NCBI GenBank assembly: GCA_963742735.1
Contig: CAVUMN010000004.1
Coordinates: 1,280,001-1,344,000, forward strand
Direction: 5' to 3'
Length of the DNA: 64,000 nucleotides
Source of the DNA: an uncultured Actinomycetes bacterium
GTDB lineage: Bacteria > Actinomycetota > UBA4738 > JBBDTT01
This document shows, piece after piece, positions 52,810 to 63,207 of the stretch; position 1 is the first letter of the stretch, and every line of letters starts with the position of its first letter. The notes beneath the pieces are model-generated. The model made no database searches and was not told the origin of the DNA. It was given only the letters and a program-made list of their open reading frames with translations. Made by a program: the position numbers and the translations under genes.

Positions 52810-52986
52810 TCAGAAGAGGCCGGTTCGGCTGAGGGCGAGGATGCCCGCGACGAGCAGGATCGCCCCGACCACGACCGAGGCGATCACCCAGTGGATTCCG
52901 AGGCGGCCGCGGAACGGCCCGAGGGGCCCGATCCGCGAGCCCTCACGCACCCACGGACCCCGCACACGCACGCGCTTGCCGGCCAT
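52810..52986 (-). CDS. Small (58 aa) single-TM protein
   Basis: MAGKRVRVRG..HWVIASVVVGAILLVAGILAL; TAGACT lies 8 nt before the ATG. Confidence 0.6.
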   Translation of the reverse strand: MAGKRVRVRGPWVREGSRIGPLGPFRGRLGIHWVIASVVVGAILLVAGILALSRTGLF

Positions 52987-53046
52987 CGGGGCCGAGTCTA
53001 GCGGCGCGACCTGCGCCGGGAGGCTTCGGATAGAGTCCGGACCCTG

Positions 53047-53457
53047 ATGCCGGACACCCCGCGGATCATCGTCGCCAAGCCCGGCCTGGACGGCCACGAC
53101 CGGGGCGCCAAGGTCGTCGCCCGGGCCCTTCGCGACGCCGGAATGGAGGTCATCTACACCGGCCTGCACCAGACCCCCGAGCAGATCGTGGAGACCGCGA
53201 TCCAGGAGGACGCCGACGCCGTGGGGCTCTCGATCCATTCCGGCGCCCACATGACGCTGTTCCCGAAGGTCGTGGCGCTTCTGCGCGAGCGCGGCGCCGG
53301 GGACGTGCTCGTGTTCGGGGGCGGCATCATCCCCAAGGAGGACATCGCCCCCCTCCGCGAGGCCGGGATCGAGCAGATCTTCACGCCGGGGGCGCCCACC
53401 ACCGAGATCGTCGGATGGCTGCGCGAGCGCCTCGCCAAGCGGGCCCCGGCGGGCTGA
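53047..53457 (+). CDS. Stand-alone cobalamin-binding subunit of an acyl-CoA mutase (methylmalonyl-/isobutyryl-CoA mutase small subunit)
   Basis: [13 protein letters not shown] (DxHxxG), [16 protein letters not shown]. Confidence 0.92.
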   Translation: MPDTPRIIVAKPGLDGHDRGAKVVARALRDAGMEVIYTGLHQTPEQIVETAIQEDADAVGLSIHSGAHMTLFPKVVALLRERGAGDVLVFGGGIIPKEDIAPLREAGIEQIFTPGAPTTEIVGWLRERLAKRAPAG

Positions 53458-53479
53458 CCCGAGACAGAAAGCGAGCGAG

Positions 53480-54628
53480 ATGGACCTGTACGAACACCAG
53501 GGGAAGGAGCTGTTCGCGGCGTTCGGCATCCCCGTCCCACAGGGTCGGGTGGCCACGACCGCGGCGGAGGCCAGGGCCCTGGCCGAGAGCTTCGGGGGCA
53601 CGGCGGCGGTCAAGGTCCAGGTGCAGTCGGGCAAGCGCGGCAAGGGGGGCGGGATCGTGCTCGCCAAGAGCCCCGAGGAGGCCGAGGAGGCCGCCGCCCG
53701 GCTGTTCGCGGAGGGCTTCCAGGGGACCCCGGTGGACCGGGTGCTCGTTGAGCCGCTGGCCGACCTGAAGCAGGAGTTCTACGCGGCGATCACGCTCGAC
53801 CGGGCGTCGCGCAAGTACGTGGCGATGGCCTCCTCGGTCGGAGGGATGGACATCGAGGAGATCGCGGTCTCTCAGCCCGAGGCGCTGCGCCGGGCGGGCG
53901 TCGACCCGATCCTGGGCCTGACGTCCTTCCAGGCGCGATGGCTGGTCGGGCACTTCCCCGAGGAAGCTCGCAAGGGCACCGCCGAGATCCTCGCGAAGAT
54001 GTGGGACGTCCTGGTCGGGGCCGACGCCACGCTCGTCGAGCTGAATCCTCTGGTCCTGCTCGCGGACGGCACCGTCATGGCCCTCGACGCGAAGGTCACC
54101 CTCGACGACAACGCGCTCTTCCGCCACCCGGACCTCGCCGCCTACGGGGAGGCCTTCCCGGTCGACCCGACCCAGGCGAAGGCGAACGAGAAGGGCCTGC
54201 AGTACGTGAAGCTCGACGGCGAGGTCGGGATCATCGGCAACGGCGCCGGGCTGGTCATGGCCACCCTGGACGTGGTCCAGCAGGCAGGGGGCAAGGCGGC
54301 GAACTTCCTGGACGTCGGCGGCGGCGCGAGCGCGGACGTCATGGCCACCTCGCTCGAGGTCGTGCTGGGCGATCCCGCCGTGCGCTCGGTGTTCGTGAAC
54401 ATCTTCGGAGGCATCACCCGGTGCGACGAGGTGGCCAGGGGCATCCTGGAGGCGCTCGGGCGGATGGAGGCCCGGGTCCCGATCGTGGTGCGGCTGGACG
54501 GGACGAACGCCGAGGAGGGCCGGGCGATCCTGGCCGAGGCCGCCCACGAGCGCATCGTTCCCGCCGCGACCATGCTCGAGGCCGCCCAGAAGGCCGTGGA
54601 GCTTGCCCGCGAGGGGGCGAGCGCCTGA
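53480..54628 (+). CDS. sucC: Succinyl-CoA synthetase beta subunit
   Basis: [53 protein letters not shown]. Confidence 0.96.
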   Translation: MDLYEHQGKELFAAFGIPVPQGRVATTAAEARALAESFGGTAAVKVQVQSGKRGKGGGIVLAKSPEEAEEAAARLFAEGFQGTPVDRVLVEPLADLKQEFYAAITLDRASRKYVAMASSVGGMDIEEIAVSQPEALRRAGVDPILGLTSFQARWLVGHFPEEARKGTAEILAKMWDVLVGADATLVELNPLVLLADGTVMALDAKVTLDDNALFRHPDLAAYGEAFPVDPTQAKANEKGLQYVKLDGEVGIIGNGAGLVMATLDVVQQAGGKAANFLDVGGGASADVMATSLEVVLGDPAVRSVFVNIFGGITRCDEVARGILEALGRMEARVPIVVRLDGTNAEEGRAILAEAAHERIVPAATMLEAAQKAVELAREGASA

Positions 54629-55497
54629 TGGCCGCCCTCGTCGACCGGGACACCCGGGTCGTCGTCCAGGGGATCACCGGCGGCCAGGGCTCGTTCCACG
54701 CGCTGCGCAACAAGGCCTACGGGACCCAGGTCGTCGCCGGCGTGACCCCGGGCAAGGCCGGGGAGTCCGTGGACGGCATCCCGGTCTTCGACACCGTTCG
54801 CGACGCGGTGGCCGAGACCGCCGCGAACACCTCGCTGATCTTCGTGCCGGCGAGGTTCGCGGCGGACGCGGTGTTCGAGGCCGCGGACGCCGGCGTCCCC
54901 CTCATCGTGTGCATCACCGAGGGCATCCCCGTGATGGACATGGCCCGGGTCTACAACTACCTCCGGGGCAAGGGGCACATCCTGGTCGGCCCGAACTGTC
55001 CCGGGGTGATCTCCCCGGGCAAGGCCAACGTCGGGATCATCCCCTGGGAGATCTGCTCCGAGGGCAACGTCGGGCTCGTCTCGCGGTCGGGGACGCTCAC
55101 CTACCAGGTGGTCAACGAGCTGACCCGCAAGGGCATCGGGCAGTCCACGTGCATCGGCATCGGGGGCGACCCGATCATCGGCACGGGGTTCGTAGACGCG
55201 CTGAAGGCCTTCGAGGAGGACCCGGAGACGACGGCCATCGCCCTGATCGGGGAGATCGGCGGCTCGGACGAGGAGACGGCGGCGGAGTACATCCGCGACC
55301 ACGTGACGAAGCCGGTCGTCGCCTACGTGGCCGGACGGACGGCGCCCCCGGGCAAGCGGATGGGCCACGCCGGCGCGATCATCACCGGCTCGTCGGGCAC
55401 CGCGCAGGCGAAGGCCGAGGCGTTCAACGCCGTCGGCGTCCAGGTCGGGATCAACCCGAGCGAGGTCGCCGACCTGATCGAGGGGACGTTGCGATGA
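54628..55497 (+). CDS. sucD: Succinyl-CoA synthetase alpha subunit
   Basis: [39 protein letters not shown]. Confidence 0.97.
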   Translation: MAALVDRDTRVVVQGITGGQGSFHALRNKAYGTQVVAGVTPGKAGESVDGIPVFDTVRDAVAETAANTSLIFVPARFAADAVFEAADAGVPLIVCITEGIPVMDMARVYNYLRGKGHILVGPNCPGVISPGKANVGIIPWEICSEGNVGLVSRSGTLTYQVVNELTRKGIGQSTCIGIGGDPIIGTGFVDALKAFEEDPETTAIALIGEIGGSDEETAAEYIRDHVTKPVVAYVAGRTAPPGKRMGHAGAIITGSSGTAQAKAEAFNAVGVQVGINPSEVADLIEGTLR

Positions 55498-57155
55498 GGT
55501 GTCCGAACTGCGGCCAGGACAACGCCGAAGGGGTCCGCTTCTGCGGCAACTGCGGCACGGCGCTCGTGGCGGGGGCGGAGGACACAGCCGTCCTTCCCCC
55601 GGCGGCCACCGAACCTCCGGCCTCTCCACCGGTGTCGGGACCCCCGCCTCCAACGCCGCCGGCACCACCGTTGTACGGCGCCACGGTGCGCCCCGAGGAC
55701 GCCCCGGCCCCGCCGCCGCCGCCGCCCAGCAAGGTCGCCGAGGCCCTCACCACCGGCTGGGGCCGCGCCGTGGGCTCCGCGGCGCTGACCTTCCTGATCA
55801 TGGTCCTCATGGGCCAGGGACTGGCGGCGCTCGTCTACGTCTCCGGCAGCGATGGGCTGGGGATCGGCGACGTGATGAAGGGCGGCGGCCTGCTGACGTT
55901 CTCCTTCCACCGCGTGGGGATGCACGCCGAGTTCCCGCCGTTCAGCCCTCCGGGACTGACGGACTCGGGCCTCGACGGGTTGCCCCAGGTCGGCGGAGGG
56001 CTCTCGCTGGCGTTCACGGTCGCCTTCGCGCTGCTGCTGGGCACCATCGTGCTCGTGTGGCTGCTGCATCGGGCCGGGCGGGCCCTGGGGGACCAGGTCC
56101 TCGGCGGGTCGGCGTGGGCGCGGGGGCTTGCGGGGGCGAAGGTCGCGCTGCCGTACGCCGCGATCGCCGGGGTCGCCGCGCTGGTCCTTGCGGCCTTCCC
56201 GATGTCGCTCCCCGTCCCGGTGATCCCGGGCTTGACCGCCGGCGGCAACGTCGAGCTGGCGCCCTCGGTGGTCGCCGCGTTCGTGTGGCCGCTCGTGCTG
56301 GGGCTCCTCGCGGGGTTCGCCGGGGGCGTGTCCAGCGCGTCGAGGGCGGGCTGGGAGGCGCCGTCCACGGACCGGTTCGTGGTCGGCGCGCTCCGCGGAG
56401 GCGTCGTCGGCGTCGGGTTCGCGGTGCTCCTGGCCTTCGTGGGGGTTCAGGTCGTGGCCTTCCTCCATCCCGACGTCGCCTTCCCCTTCAGCCCGCAGTT
56501 CTTCACCGACGCGTTCGCGCAGGACCGGGGCGTCGCGGGGGTCTCCACGGTGGTGTTCGCCCTGTTCCTCGCGCCGAACATGGGCGGGCTGGTCCTGGCG
56601 CCATCGATGCTCTCCTCGCTCGGGTTCCACGTCGAGGGCACGTCGATCACGCTGCTCTCGCTGTTCGAGTTCCCCGTCGGGTTGAACCCCGAGGCGCTCG
56701 CCGGGCTGTCGGGAATCGGGGTTCCGGGGATCGGGGGCGGAGAGATCGTGGAAACGCAGGTCGCGCCGTGGCCGTACTGGTTGTTCCTGCTGGTCCCCCT
56801 GGTGGCGACGTGGCTCGGTGGGCGGGCCGCGGCGCGCCGGGCGCAGGCCGGGACGGCCGGGGAGGGAGCCGCGGCCGGCGCCCTGGCGGGGCTGGTGTTC
56901 GCCGGCCTGGCCTTCCTGGTCGTCGTGCTCTCCGGGGTCGGGATGCGCTTCGAGATCGGGGGGATTTCCCAGGCCGGGGTGGGGCACTTCGGCGGCGACT
57001 ACCTGACGACCGGTCTCCTTGCGGTGCTGTGGGGCCTGGTGGGGGGGACGCTCGGCGGGCTGGTGGGCGTCAACGAGCGCCCGGCGGTGGCCGCGCCCGA
57101 GGGCGCGACCTACGGCTTCGGGGGCCGGCCGGAGCCCCCTCCGCCCCCCGTCTAG
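55494..57155 (+). CDS. Zinc-ribbon, Pro-rich linker, multi-pass membrane protein (streptophobe-like)
   Basis: MRCPNCG..FCGNCG, Pro-rich stretch, about 10 hydrophobic segments. Confidence 0.78.
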   Translation: MRCPNCGQDNAEGVRFCGNCGTALVAGAEDTAVLPPAATEPPASPPVSGPPPPTPPAPPLYGATVRPEDAPAPPPPPPSKVAEALTTGWGRAVGSAALTFLIMVLMGQGLAALVYVSGSDGLGIGDVMKGGGLLTFSFHRVGMHAEFPPFSPPGLTDSGLDGLPQVGGGLSLAFTVAFALLLGTIVLVWLLHRAGRALGDQVLGGSAWARGLAGAKVALPYAAIAGVAALVLAAFPMSLPVPVIPGLTAGGNVELAPSVVAAFVWPLVLGLLAGFAGGVSSASRAGWEAPSTDRFVVGALRGGVVGVGFAVLLAFVGVQVVAFLHPDVAFPFSPQFFTDAFAQDRGVAGVSTVVFALFLAPNMGGLVLAPSMLSSLGFHVEGTSITLLSLFEFPVGLNPEALAGLSGIGVPGIGGGEIVETQVAPWPYWLFLLVPLVATWLGGRAAARRAQAGTAGEGAAAGALAGLVFAGLAFLVVVLSGVGMRFEIGGISQAGVGHFGGDYLTTGLLAVLWGLVGGTLGGLVGVNERPAVAAPEGATYGFGGRPEPPPPPV

Positions 57156-57165
57156 CGGCGCCGCA

Positions 57166-57208
57166 ACGAGAACGGGCCCGGGGGATCGCCCCCCCGGGCC
57201 CGTTTCGT
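57166..57208. terminator. Bidirectional intrinsic terminator
   Basis: 14-bp perfect stem AACGGGCCCGGGGG/CCCCCGGGCCCGTT then TCGT, between convergent genes. Confidence 0.8.
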
Positions 57209-57220
57209 GTGGTGCCGGTC

Positions 57221-57742
57221 CTAGCCGGTGAACCCGCCGCTCGGCGGAGGCGGGGGAGGCGCGGCTCCGGGCGGCGGCGCCGGCGGCGCGGCCGCGGAGG
57301 GTCCGGCCTTCATCTCCTGGAAGGCCATGTACCCGCCGTACGCGACGGCGAGGGACAGCACGAGCCCGATCCAGGCCATGATCCCCACGCTCACGCCCGG
57401 GATCGGCTTGATCAGGACGCGCAGCAGCGTGAAGGCCACCAGGCCCAGTGACGCCCCGAGCACGATCGTGCCCGTGGGCAGGGTCGGCGGCATCTGGACG
57501 CCGAGGATCCGCATCACGGTCATCGCCAGGATCACGAGCGCAAGGAGGCCGGCGAGGACGCCGATCCCACTCCAGAGCGTGAACGCGCATCCGCCTCCGA
57601 CTGACCCCACGCCCGGGATGTCGACCCCGGGGACGCAGTTCCAGGCGAAGAAGGAGACGATCAGGTACAGCAGGGTGGCGCCACCGATGACCTTGGTCGC
57701 GGTGGAGAGCTTCGACACATCGAACCCTGAGCTCTGGGCCAT
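57221..57742 (-). CDS. Hypothetical 4-TM membrane protein with Pro-rich C-terminus
   Basis: AAGGAG RBS; four TM segments; PPAPPPGAAPPPPPP tail. Confidence 0.8.
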   Translation of the reverse strand: MAQSSGFDVSKLSTATKVIGGATLLYLIVSFFAWNCVPGVDIPGVGSVGGGCAFTLWSGIGVLAGLLALVILAMTVMRILGVQMPPTLPTGTIVLGASLGLVAFTLLRVLIKPIPGVSVGIMAWIGLVLSLAVAYGGYMAFQEMKAGPSAAAPPAPPPGAAPPPPPPSGGFTG

Positions 57743-57819
57743 GGTCCGCTTGCTCCTTTCGATTCCCCGGCGGCCGTCGTCGGCTGCCCGGGCGATTCAA
57801 TCCCGCGCCCTGTGGCGAG

Positions 57820-58428
57820 TCAAGCGAGAGCGGGGTTCGTCCGATCTGACCGAAGCCGGGCCACGAGGGGGCCGGAGAGCGCCGCGACGAGTCCCGCGGC
57901 GATCGCGAGGAAGGGCACGACGCTCGGCCGGGTGAACGCGGGCGGGCGGGTGAGGGCCAGCAGCGACAGCGTGGTGACCAGCAGACCACCCGCGATCGCG
58001 ATGGCCGATCGGAGGCGCCGGCCCGCCTCGGCGGCCGGACGCGAGGTGAACCGCAGGGCGAGGAACGCGAGGATCGCGATCGGGCCGACCAGCGTCGAGT
58101 GACGGTACGGCGAGATCCCCCAGGCGCCGAACCACGAGGAGCTCACGCCGAAACGGGTCCACGGCAGCGCCGAGGCGATGACCACGAGCCCCAGGCACGC
58201 CAGGGCCACCCGGTCCTGGAGCGAGCGGCGGAGCGGTTCGGGGGCGGGGTCGGCCAGGGCCGGGGGGTCGGGAAGCACCGACGCGAGGCATTCGGATCCC
58301 ACCACCTGACCCCGGACGGGGATCGCGCACTCCAGACACAACCCCCGCCCGCACCCGTCGCACGGCGCGATGGTGGGGGAGCCGGGGTGGAGCTGGCAGC
58401 GCGAACGGATCGGCGCGGCCGTGTCCAT
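57820..58428 (-). CDS. B-box-like zinc finger plus 4-TM membrane protein
   Basis: CQLHP..CDGCGRGLCLEC..C N-terminus; TAGACT lies 8 nt before ATG 58428. Confidence 0.72.
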   Translation of the reverse strand: MDTAAPIRSRCQLHPGSPTIAPCDGCGRGLCLECAIPVRGQVVGSECLASVLPDPPALADPAPEPLRRSLQDRVALACLGLVVIASALPWTRFGVSSSWFGAWGISPYRHSTLVGPIAILAFLALRFTSRPAAEAGRRLRSAIAIAGGLLVTTLSLLALTRPPAFTRPSVVPFLAIAAGLVAALSGPLVARLRSDRTNPALA

Positions 58429-58486
58429 CGCGGGCCAGTCTACGGCGGGTCCGGGCGGGGACCCGGAGCCCGGTATGGGTGCCGCC

Positions 58487-58888
58487 CTAGCGCTTGAACC
58501 AGGCGGCGGTGGTGACGAGCGCGTAGATGATGAAGCCGTAGAGGACAAGGTTGAGGATCGCCACCGGAGTTTGGGTAACCGCGAGGAGCGAAAGCAACGC
58601 ACCGATCCCGGCGACTACGAGTCCGAGCATCCGGCCCTGTTCTCTGCCGCCCATGACCTGGACGCCCGCGTAGATGGCGGCACCACCCAAGCCGATGTAA
58701 AGGATGCCGATGATGGTGAACATGGAGGAGACGCCGCTCAAGGTCAGCAGCAGCAGGGCCCCGAGGAGCGTCAGGCCGCCAACGACGTAGAGCGAAACGG
58801 CCGCTGCGGTGACCAGCGGCGGGCGGGCGCCGGCGGGGGCGGGTGGGCCTGCTTCGGGGGGCGGAGGTGGGACCTGGCTCATCGACAT
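58487..58888 (-). CDS. Hypothetical 4-TM membrane protein with Pro-rich N-terminus
   Basis: PPPPPEAGPPAP then RP..VTAAAV and four TM segments; AAAGGGG RBS. Confidence 0.75.
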   Translation of the reverse strand: MSMSQVPPPPPEAGPPAPAGARPPLVTAAAVSLYVVGGLTLLGALLLLTLSGVSSMFTIIGILYIGLGGAAIYAGVQVMGGREQGRMLGLVVAGIGALLSLLAVTQTPVAILNLVLYGFIIYALVTTAAWFKR

Positions 58889-58942
58889 TCCCCTTTCGGG
58901 CGCTCGGTCACGAGGATCGGCCGAGTCTATCCCGTCCGTTGC

Positions 58943-59563
58943 TCAGTCGAAGGGAATACCGGGATTGGAGGGAAAGTCAGGGTTCGAGGCGACGATCGCG
59001 GCGACGATGATCGTGATGACCAGCACCCCCACGCCGATCCAGCCGAGCACGATCCCCGCGATGGCCATGCCCCGGCCGTCCTCCCTGCCTCCCGAGCGGT
59101 CGATCTGGCCGAGGGCCAGGTAGCCGAACACCAGGGCGAGGACCGACCCGATCCAGTAGATCCACACGATCCCCAGGACCATCGAGGCGATGGCCATCCC
59201 GTTCGTCCGCTGCGCCACGTACATTCCCGGCGGCACCGCGCCGGGCTGGGTGGGGACCGCGACCGCCCGCGTCTCGACCACCCGGTACTGACCCCACGCC
59301 CGCTCCCACCCCGCCGGCGTGCGCTCGAACCGCCAGGTCGGCTGGTCGGGCTTGGCCCGGTCCCAGATCCCGTAGTGATCCGCGCCGTAGCCGAGCACGT
59401 AGCGCTGCCCCGTGTGGGTGAACACCGGCGCGGCCTCGGGCGCCGGCGCCGGTCCCTGGGCGGCGGCCCCCCGCCCGGCGCCGGCCGTCAGATCGCTGCC
59501 GCAGTACCGGCACTTGATGGCCTCGTCCTGGATCTCCTCGGCGCAGTACGGGCACCGTTTCAT
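58943..59563 (-). CDS. Zinc-ribbon plus DUF4190-like membrane protein
   Basis: [22 protein letters not shown]; [25 protein letters not shown]; GAGGAGG RBS. Confidence 0.85.
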   Translation of the reverse strand: MKRCPYCAEEIQDEAIKCRYCGSDLTAGAGRGAAAQGPAPAPEAAPVFTHTGQRYVLGYGADHYGIWDRAKPDQPTWRFERTPAGWERAWGQYRVVETRAVAVPTQPGAVPPGMYVAQRTNGMAIASMVLGIVWIYWIGSVLALVFGYLALGQIDRSGGREDGRGMAIAGIVLGWIGVGVLVITIIVAAIVASNPDFPSNPGIPFD

Positions 59564-59573
59564 CGCGACCTCC

Positions 59574-60068
59574 TCATCCGAACGCGGGTCCCGGAGGAGG
59601 CGGGGGCCGGCTGCCCTCGCGGACGAGCCATCCGGCGCCGATGCCGCCCACGACGGCTCCGGCCGCCGCGATCAGCAGCCCGGCCCCGATCCGGACGTCG
59701 AGGGGTCCCGCCCCGACGATCGATCGTGGCGCGGCCACGGCGACCAGGAGCACGCCGAGCGCCGCGATCGCCGCGGCGCCCCCCAGTCGGCCGATCCCCC
59801 GGCGATCGATCGTCGGCGAGGCCAGGATCACGACCCCCGCGGCCCCCATCGCCAGCGCGAGTGCCAGCACGACCCATCCCGGCCACTCGGACAGGCCTCG
59901 GACCGGCGTGGTGAGGTCGAAGCCGATCCTGGTCGCGCTGGGAAGCCCCACGCGCCACCAGGGCAGGAGGGACGCCACGGCGAGGGTTCCGGCGCCGGCG
60001 ATCAGGAGGATCCCCCCCGTGGAGCCGTGGGCGGGGGGCGAGGATGGGGGGCCGGGCAGAGACGCCAT
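59574..60068 (-). CDS. Hypothetical 4-TM membrane protein
   Basis: ASLLPWW motif, four TM segments, Pro-rich ends; TACACT lies 8 nt before the ATG. Confidence 0.7.
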   Translation of the reverse strand: MASLPGPPSSPPAHGSTGGILLIAGAGTLAVASLLPWWRVGLPSATRIGFDLTTPVRGLSEWPGWVVLALALAMGAAGVVILASPTIDRRGIGRLGGAAAIAALGVLLVAVAAPRSIVGAGPLDVRIGAGLLIAAAGAVVGGIGAGWLVREGSRPPPPPGPAFG

Positions 60069-60126
60069 GGCTCGGCAGTGTAGGGAGCGCCCGGCGACGC
60101 GGGCAAGGTCGTCACACGGCGGGGAA

Positions 60127-60156
60127 TTGACAGCGCCCGCCGCGCGTCCGTAGCGT
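60127..60156 (+). promoter_or_regulatory. Promoter of purN-purH-folD-metF (leaderless)
   Basis: TTGACA-N18-TAGCGT, 8 nt before the GTG start. Confidence 0.7.
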
Positions 60157-60164
60157 CGCCCACC

Positions 60165-60791
60165 GTGAGCGCTCGGGCCGCCGTGCTGGCGTCGGGAACG
60201 GGTTCCAACCTGCAGGCGCTGCTGGACGATCCCATCGTCGGTCCCCGGATCGCGGTCGTGGTCTCGGACGAGGCCGGCGCGGGCGCGTTCGACCGGGCGC
60301 GCCTGGCCGATGTCCCGACGGAGCTCGTCGACCGGACCGCGTTCGCGTCGCGCCCCGAGTTCGACGAGGCCCTCCTCCAGCGGCTGCGGGAGACGGGCGT
60401 GGACACCCTGCTGCTGGCCGGGTTCATGCGGATCCTCGACGCCGCGGTGGTTCGAGCGTTCCCCGACCGAATCCTCAACGTCCACCCCTCCCTCCTGCCC
60501 GCGTTCCCGGGCGCGCACGCGGTGCGTGAGGCCCTGGCGTGGGGAGCGAAGGTCACGGGCTGCACGCTCCACCTGGTGGACGAGCAGGTCGATCACGGCC
60601 CCATCGTCCTGCAGGAGGCCGTGCCGATCCTCGAGGACGACGATGAGGCGTCGCTCCACGAGCGGATCAAGGAGGTCGAGCACCGGCTGTTCCCTCAGGC
60701 CGCGGCGCTGCTGCTCGAGGAGCGGCTGGTCCTCGAGGGGCGGTCGGTGCGGGTGTTGCCGGCCACCGTCGGCCACGAGGTGGCGCGATGA
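60165..60791 (+). CDS. purN: Phosphoribosylglycinamide formyltransferase
   Basis: VLASGTGSNLQA, LAGFMRIL, NVHPSLLP.FPG, GCTLHLV...VD.GPI. Confidence 0.96.
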   Translation: MSARAAVLASGTGSNLQALLDDPIVGPRIAVVVSDEAGAGAFDRARLADVPTELVDRTAFASRPEFDEALLQRLRETGVDTLLLAGFMRILDAAVVRAFPDRILNVHPSLLPAFPGAHAVREALAWGAKVTGCTLHLVDEQVDHGPIVLQEAVPILEDDDEASLHERIKEVEHRLFPQAAALLLEERLVLEGRSVRVLPATVGHEVAR

Positions 60792-62327
60792 ACGAGGTCC
60801 TCCCCGTCCGCCGGGCGATCGTCTCGGTCGCGGACAAGGCCGGGCTGATGGCGTTCGGACAGGCCCTGGCCAGCCTGGGGGTGGAGATCGTCTCGACGGG
60901 CTCGACGGCGGCGCTGCTGTCCGAGACCGGCGTGCCGGTCACGGCCGTGGCGGACGTCACGGGGTTCCCCGAGATGCTCGACGGCCGGGTGAAGACCCTG
61001 CACCCGGCGATCCACGCGGGCGTCCTGGCGGACAAGCGCAACCCCGAGCACCTCGAGCAGCTCGAGACGCAGCGGATCCAGGCGGTCGACCTGGTCGTCG
61101 TGAGCCTGTATCCGTTCCGGGAGACGGTCGCCTCGGGTGCCGACTTCGAGGAGGTCATCGAACAGATCGACATCGGCGGGCCCACGCTGGTGCGGGCCGC
61201 CGCGAAGAACTTCGAGTCGGTCGGCGTGGTGGTCCGGCCGGAACGGTACGAGTCGGTCGTCTCCGAGATCCGGCGGGAGGGAGGACTGAGCCGCGACCTG
61301 CGACTGGCCCTCGCACGGGAGGCGTTCGCGGAGATCGCCGCCTACGACGCCGCCATCTCCTCCTGGTTCGGCGCGGCCGGGGACGGTGCGCTCCCCGAGG
61401 TGGTCTCCCTGGCGTACGAGAAGGTGAGCGATCTCCGCTACGGGGAGAACCCACACCAGCGCGGGGCGCTGTACCGCGGCGGGCTCTCGGCGGGGCTGGT
61501 CTCCGGGGCTCGCGTCCTGCAGGGCAAGGAGATGTCGTTCAACAACTGGCTGGACGCCGAGGCGGCGTGGACGCTGTCCGGTGACCTGACCGGACCGGCG
61601 GTGGCGATCATCAAGCACCACAACCCCTGTGGCGCGGCGGAGGCGGACGACCTGCCCGCCGCCTACCGCGCGGCCCTGGCCTCCGACCCGGTCTCGGCGT
61701 ACGGGGGCGTGGTCGGGCTGTCCGAACGCGGTGGACGGGCCGACGGCGGAGGCGGTGGCCGAGGTGTTCACGGAGGTCGTCGTGGCGCCGGGGTTCTCGC
61801 CCGAGGCGATGGAGGTCTTCGCCGGCAAGCAGAATCTGCGGCTGATCGAGGCCGCGCCTCCGGCGGCCGGGGACCTCGAGGTTCGCCCCGTCTCCGGCGG
61901 CGCCCTGGTGCAGGACCGGGACGACGTCGCCGAGGACCCGTCGGAGTTCAAGGTCGTGACGAGCCGGCAGCCGACCGAGGCCGAGTGGGCCGACCTGCGG
62001 TTCGCGTGGAAGGTGTGCGCGCGGACGATCTCCAATGCGATCGTGCTGGCGTCGGGGCGGGCGACGCTCGGCGTGGGAGCCGGCCAGATGAGCCGGGTCG
62101 ACTCGGTGGACATCGCCGCCCGGAAGGCGGGAGACCGCGCCCGCGGCTCCGCGCTGGCCAGCGACGCGTTCTTCCCGTTCCGCGACGGTATCGACCGGGC
62201 GGCCCAGGCCGGCGTGGCCGCGGTGATCCAACCCGGGGGCTCCGTGCGCGACGAGGAGGTCGTCGCGGCCTGCGACGAGAACGGGATCGCGATGGTGTTC
62301 ACCGGGACCCGGCACTTCCGTCACTGA
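60788..62327 (+). CDS. purH: Bifunctional AICAR transformylase/IMP cyclohydrolase, interrupted by a frameshift near 61721-61728
   Basis: Frame 1: [30 protein letters not shown]; second frame: [42 protein letters not shown]. Confidence 0.92.
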
Positions 62328-62337
62328 GAGGGGCAGG

Positions 62338-63207
62338 GTGGCCGCGACGATCATCGACGGGAAGGCCCTCGCGGCGCAGATCCGCGGCGAGGTGGCCGAG
62401 CGCGTGCGAGCCCTGGCCGAGCGGGGATCCGTGCCGGGCCTGGCCGCCGTACTCGTCGGCGACGACCCGGCGTCGCACATCTACGTGGGGATGAAGGAGA
62501 AGGCCGCCGCGGAGGTGGGGATGCTGTCGCGGAGGATCGACGTCCCGGCGGACGCCACCCAGGACCGCGTGGTCGGCATCGTCCGGGACCTCAACGCCGA
62601 CCCGGAGATCTCCGGCTACATCGTCCAGCTCCCGCTCCCCCCGCAGGTGTCCGAGCTCGCCGTCCAGCTCGAGATCGACCCCGAGAAGGACGTGGACGCC
62701 CTCGCACCGACGACGGTCGGGCTCCTGGTTCGCGGCGAGGCCCCGTACGCCCCGGCGACGCCGGCGGGGATCGTCGAGATGCTGGTGCGCACCGGCGTGG
62801 AGATCTCCGGCTCGCACGTGGTGATCGTCGGGAGGGGCGCGCTCGTCGGGATGCCGCTCGCGGTCATGCTCGCCCAGAAGTCGCCCCGGGCGAACGCCAC
62901 CGTCACGCTCTGTCACACGGGGACGCGCGACCTGGCCGAGCACACCCGCCGAGCCGACATCCTGGTCGTCGCGACCGGGCGGCCGAAGACGGTGACCGGC
63001 GAGATGGTCAAGGCGGGGGCGACCGTGATCGACGTCGGCATCAACCGGACCGACGACGGGCTCGTCGGCGACGTGGACTTCGACAGCGCGGCCGAGGTCG
63101 CCGGGGCGATCACGCCGGTGCCCGGCGGCGTCGGGCCCCTCACGGTGGCGATGCTGCTGCACAACACGGCGACCGCCGCCGAGCGGGCGGCGGCTCGCGG
63201 CGCGTGA
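62338..63207 (+). CDS. folD: Methylenetetrahydrofolate dehydrogenase/cyclohydrolase
   Basis: IIDGK, VGDDPAS..YV..K, VQLPLP, KDVD, IDVG, TPVPGGVGP. Confidence 0.96.
   Translation: MAATIIDGKALAAQIRGEVAERVRALAERGSVPGLAAVLVGDDPASHIYVGMKEKAAAEVGMLSRRIDVPADATQDRVVGIVRDLNADPEISGYIVQLPLPPQVSELAVQLEIDPEKDVDALAPTTVGLLVRGEAPYAPATPAGIVEMLVRTGVEISGSHVVIVGRGALVGMPLAVMLAQKSPRANATVTLCHTGTRDLAEHTRRADILVVATGRPKTVTGEMVKAGATVIDVGINRTDDGLVGDVDFDSAAEVAGAITPVPGGVGPLTVAMLLHNTATAAERAAARGA

Noticed and set aside
60069-60164. ZTP (pfl) riboswitch upstream of purN-purH
   Set aside because: Only fragmentary resemblance; a promoter directly before the purN start leaves no leader.
61726-62494. Gly/Arg-rich C-terminal extension of the 568-aa ORF 60788-62494
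   Set aside because: Out-of-frame read-through caused by the purH frameshift.
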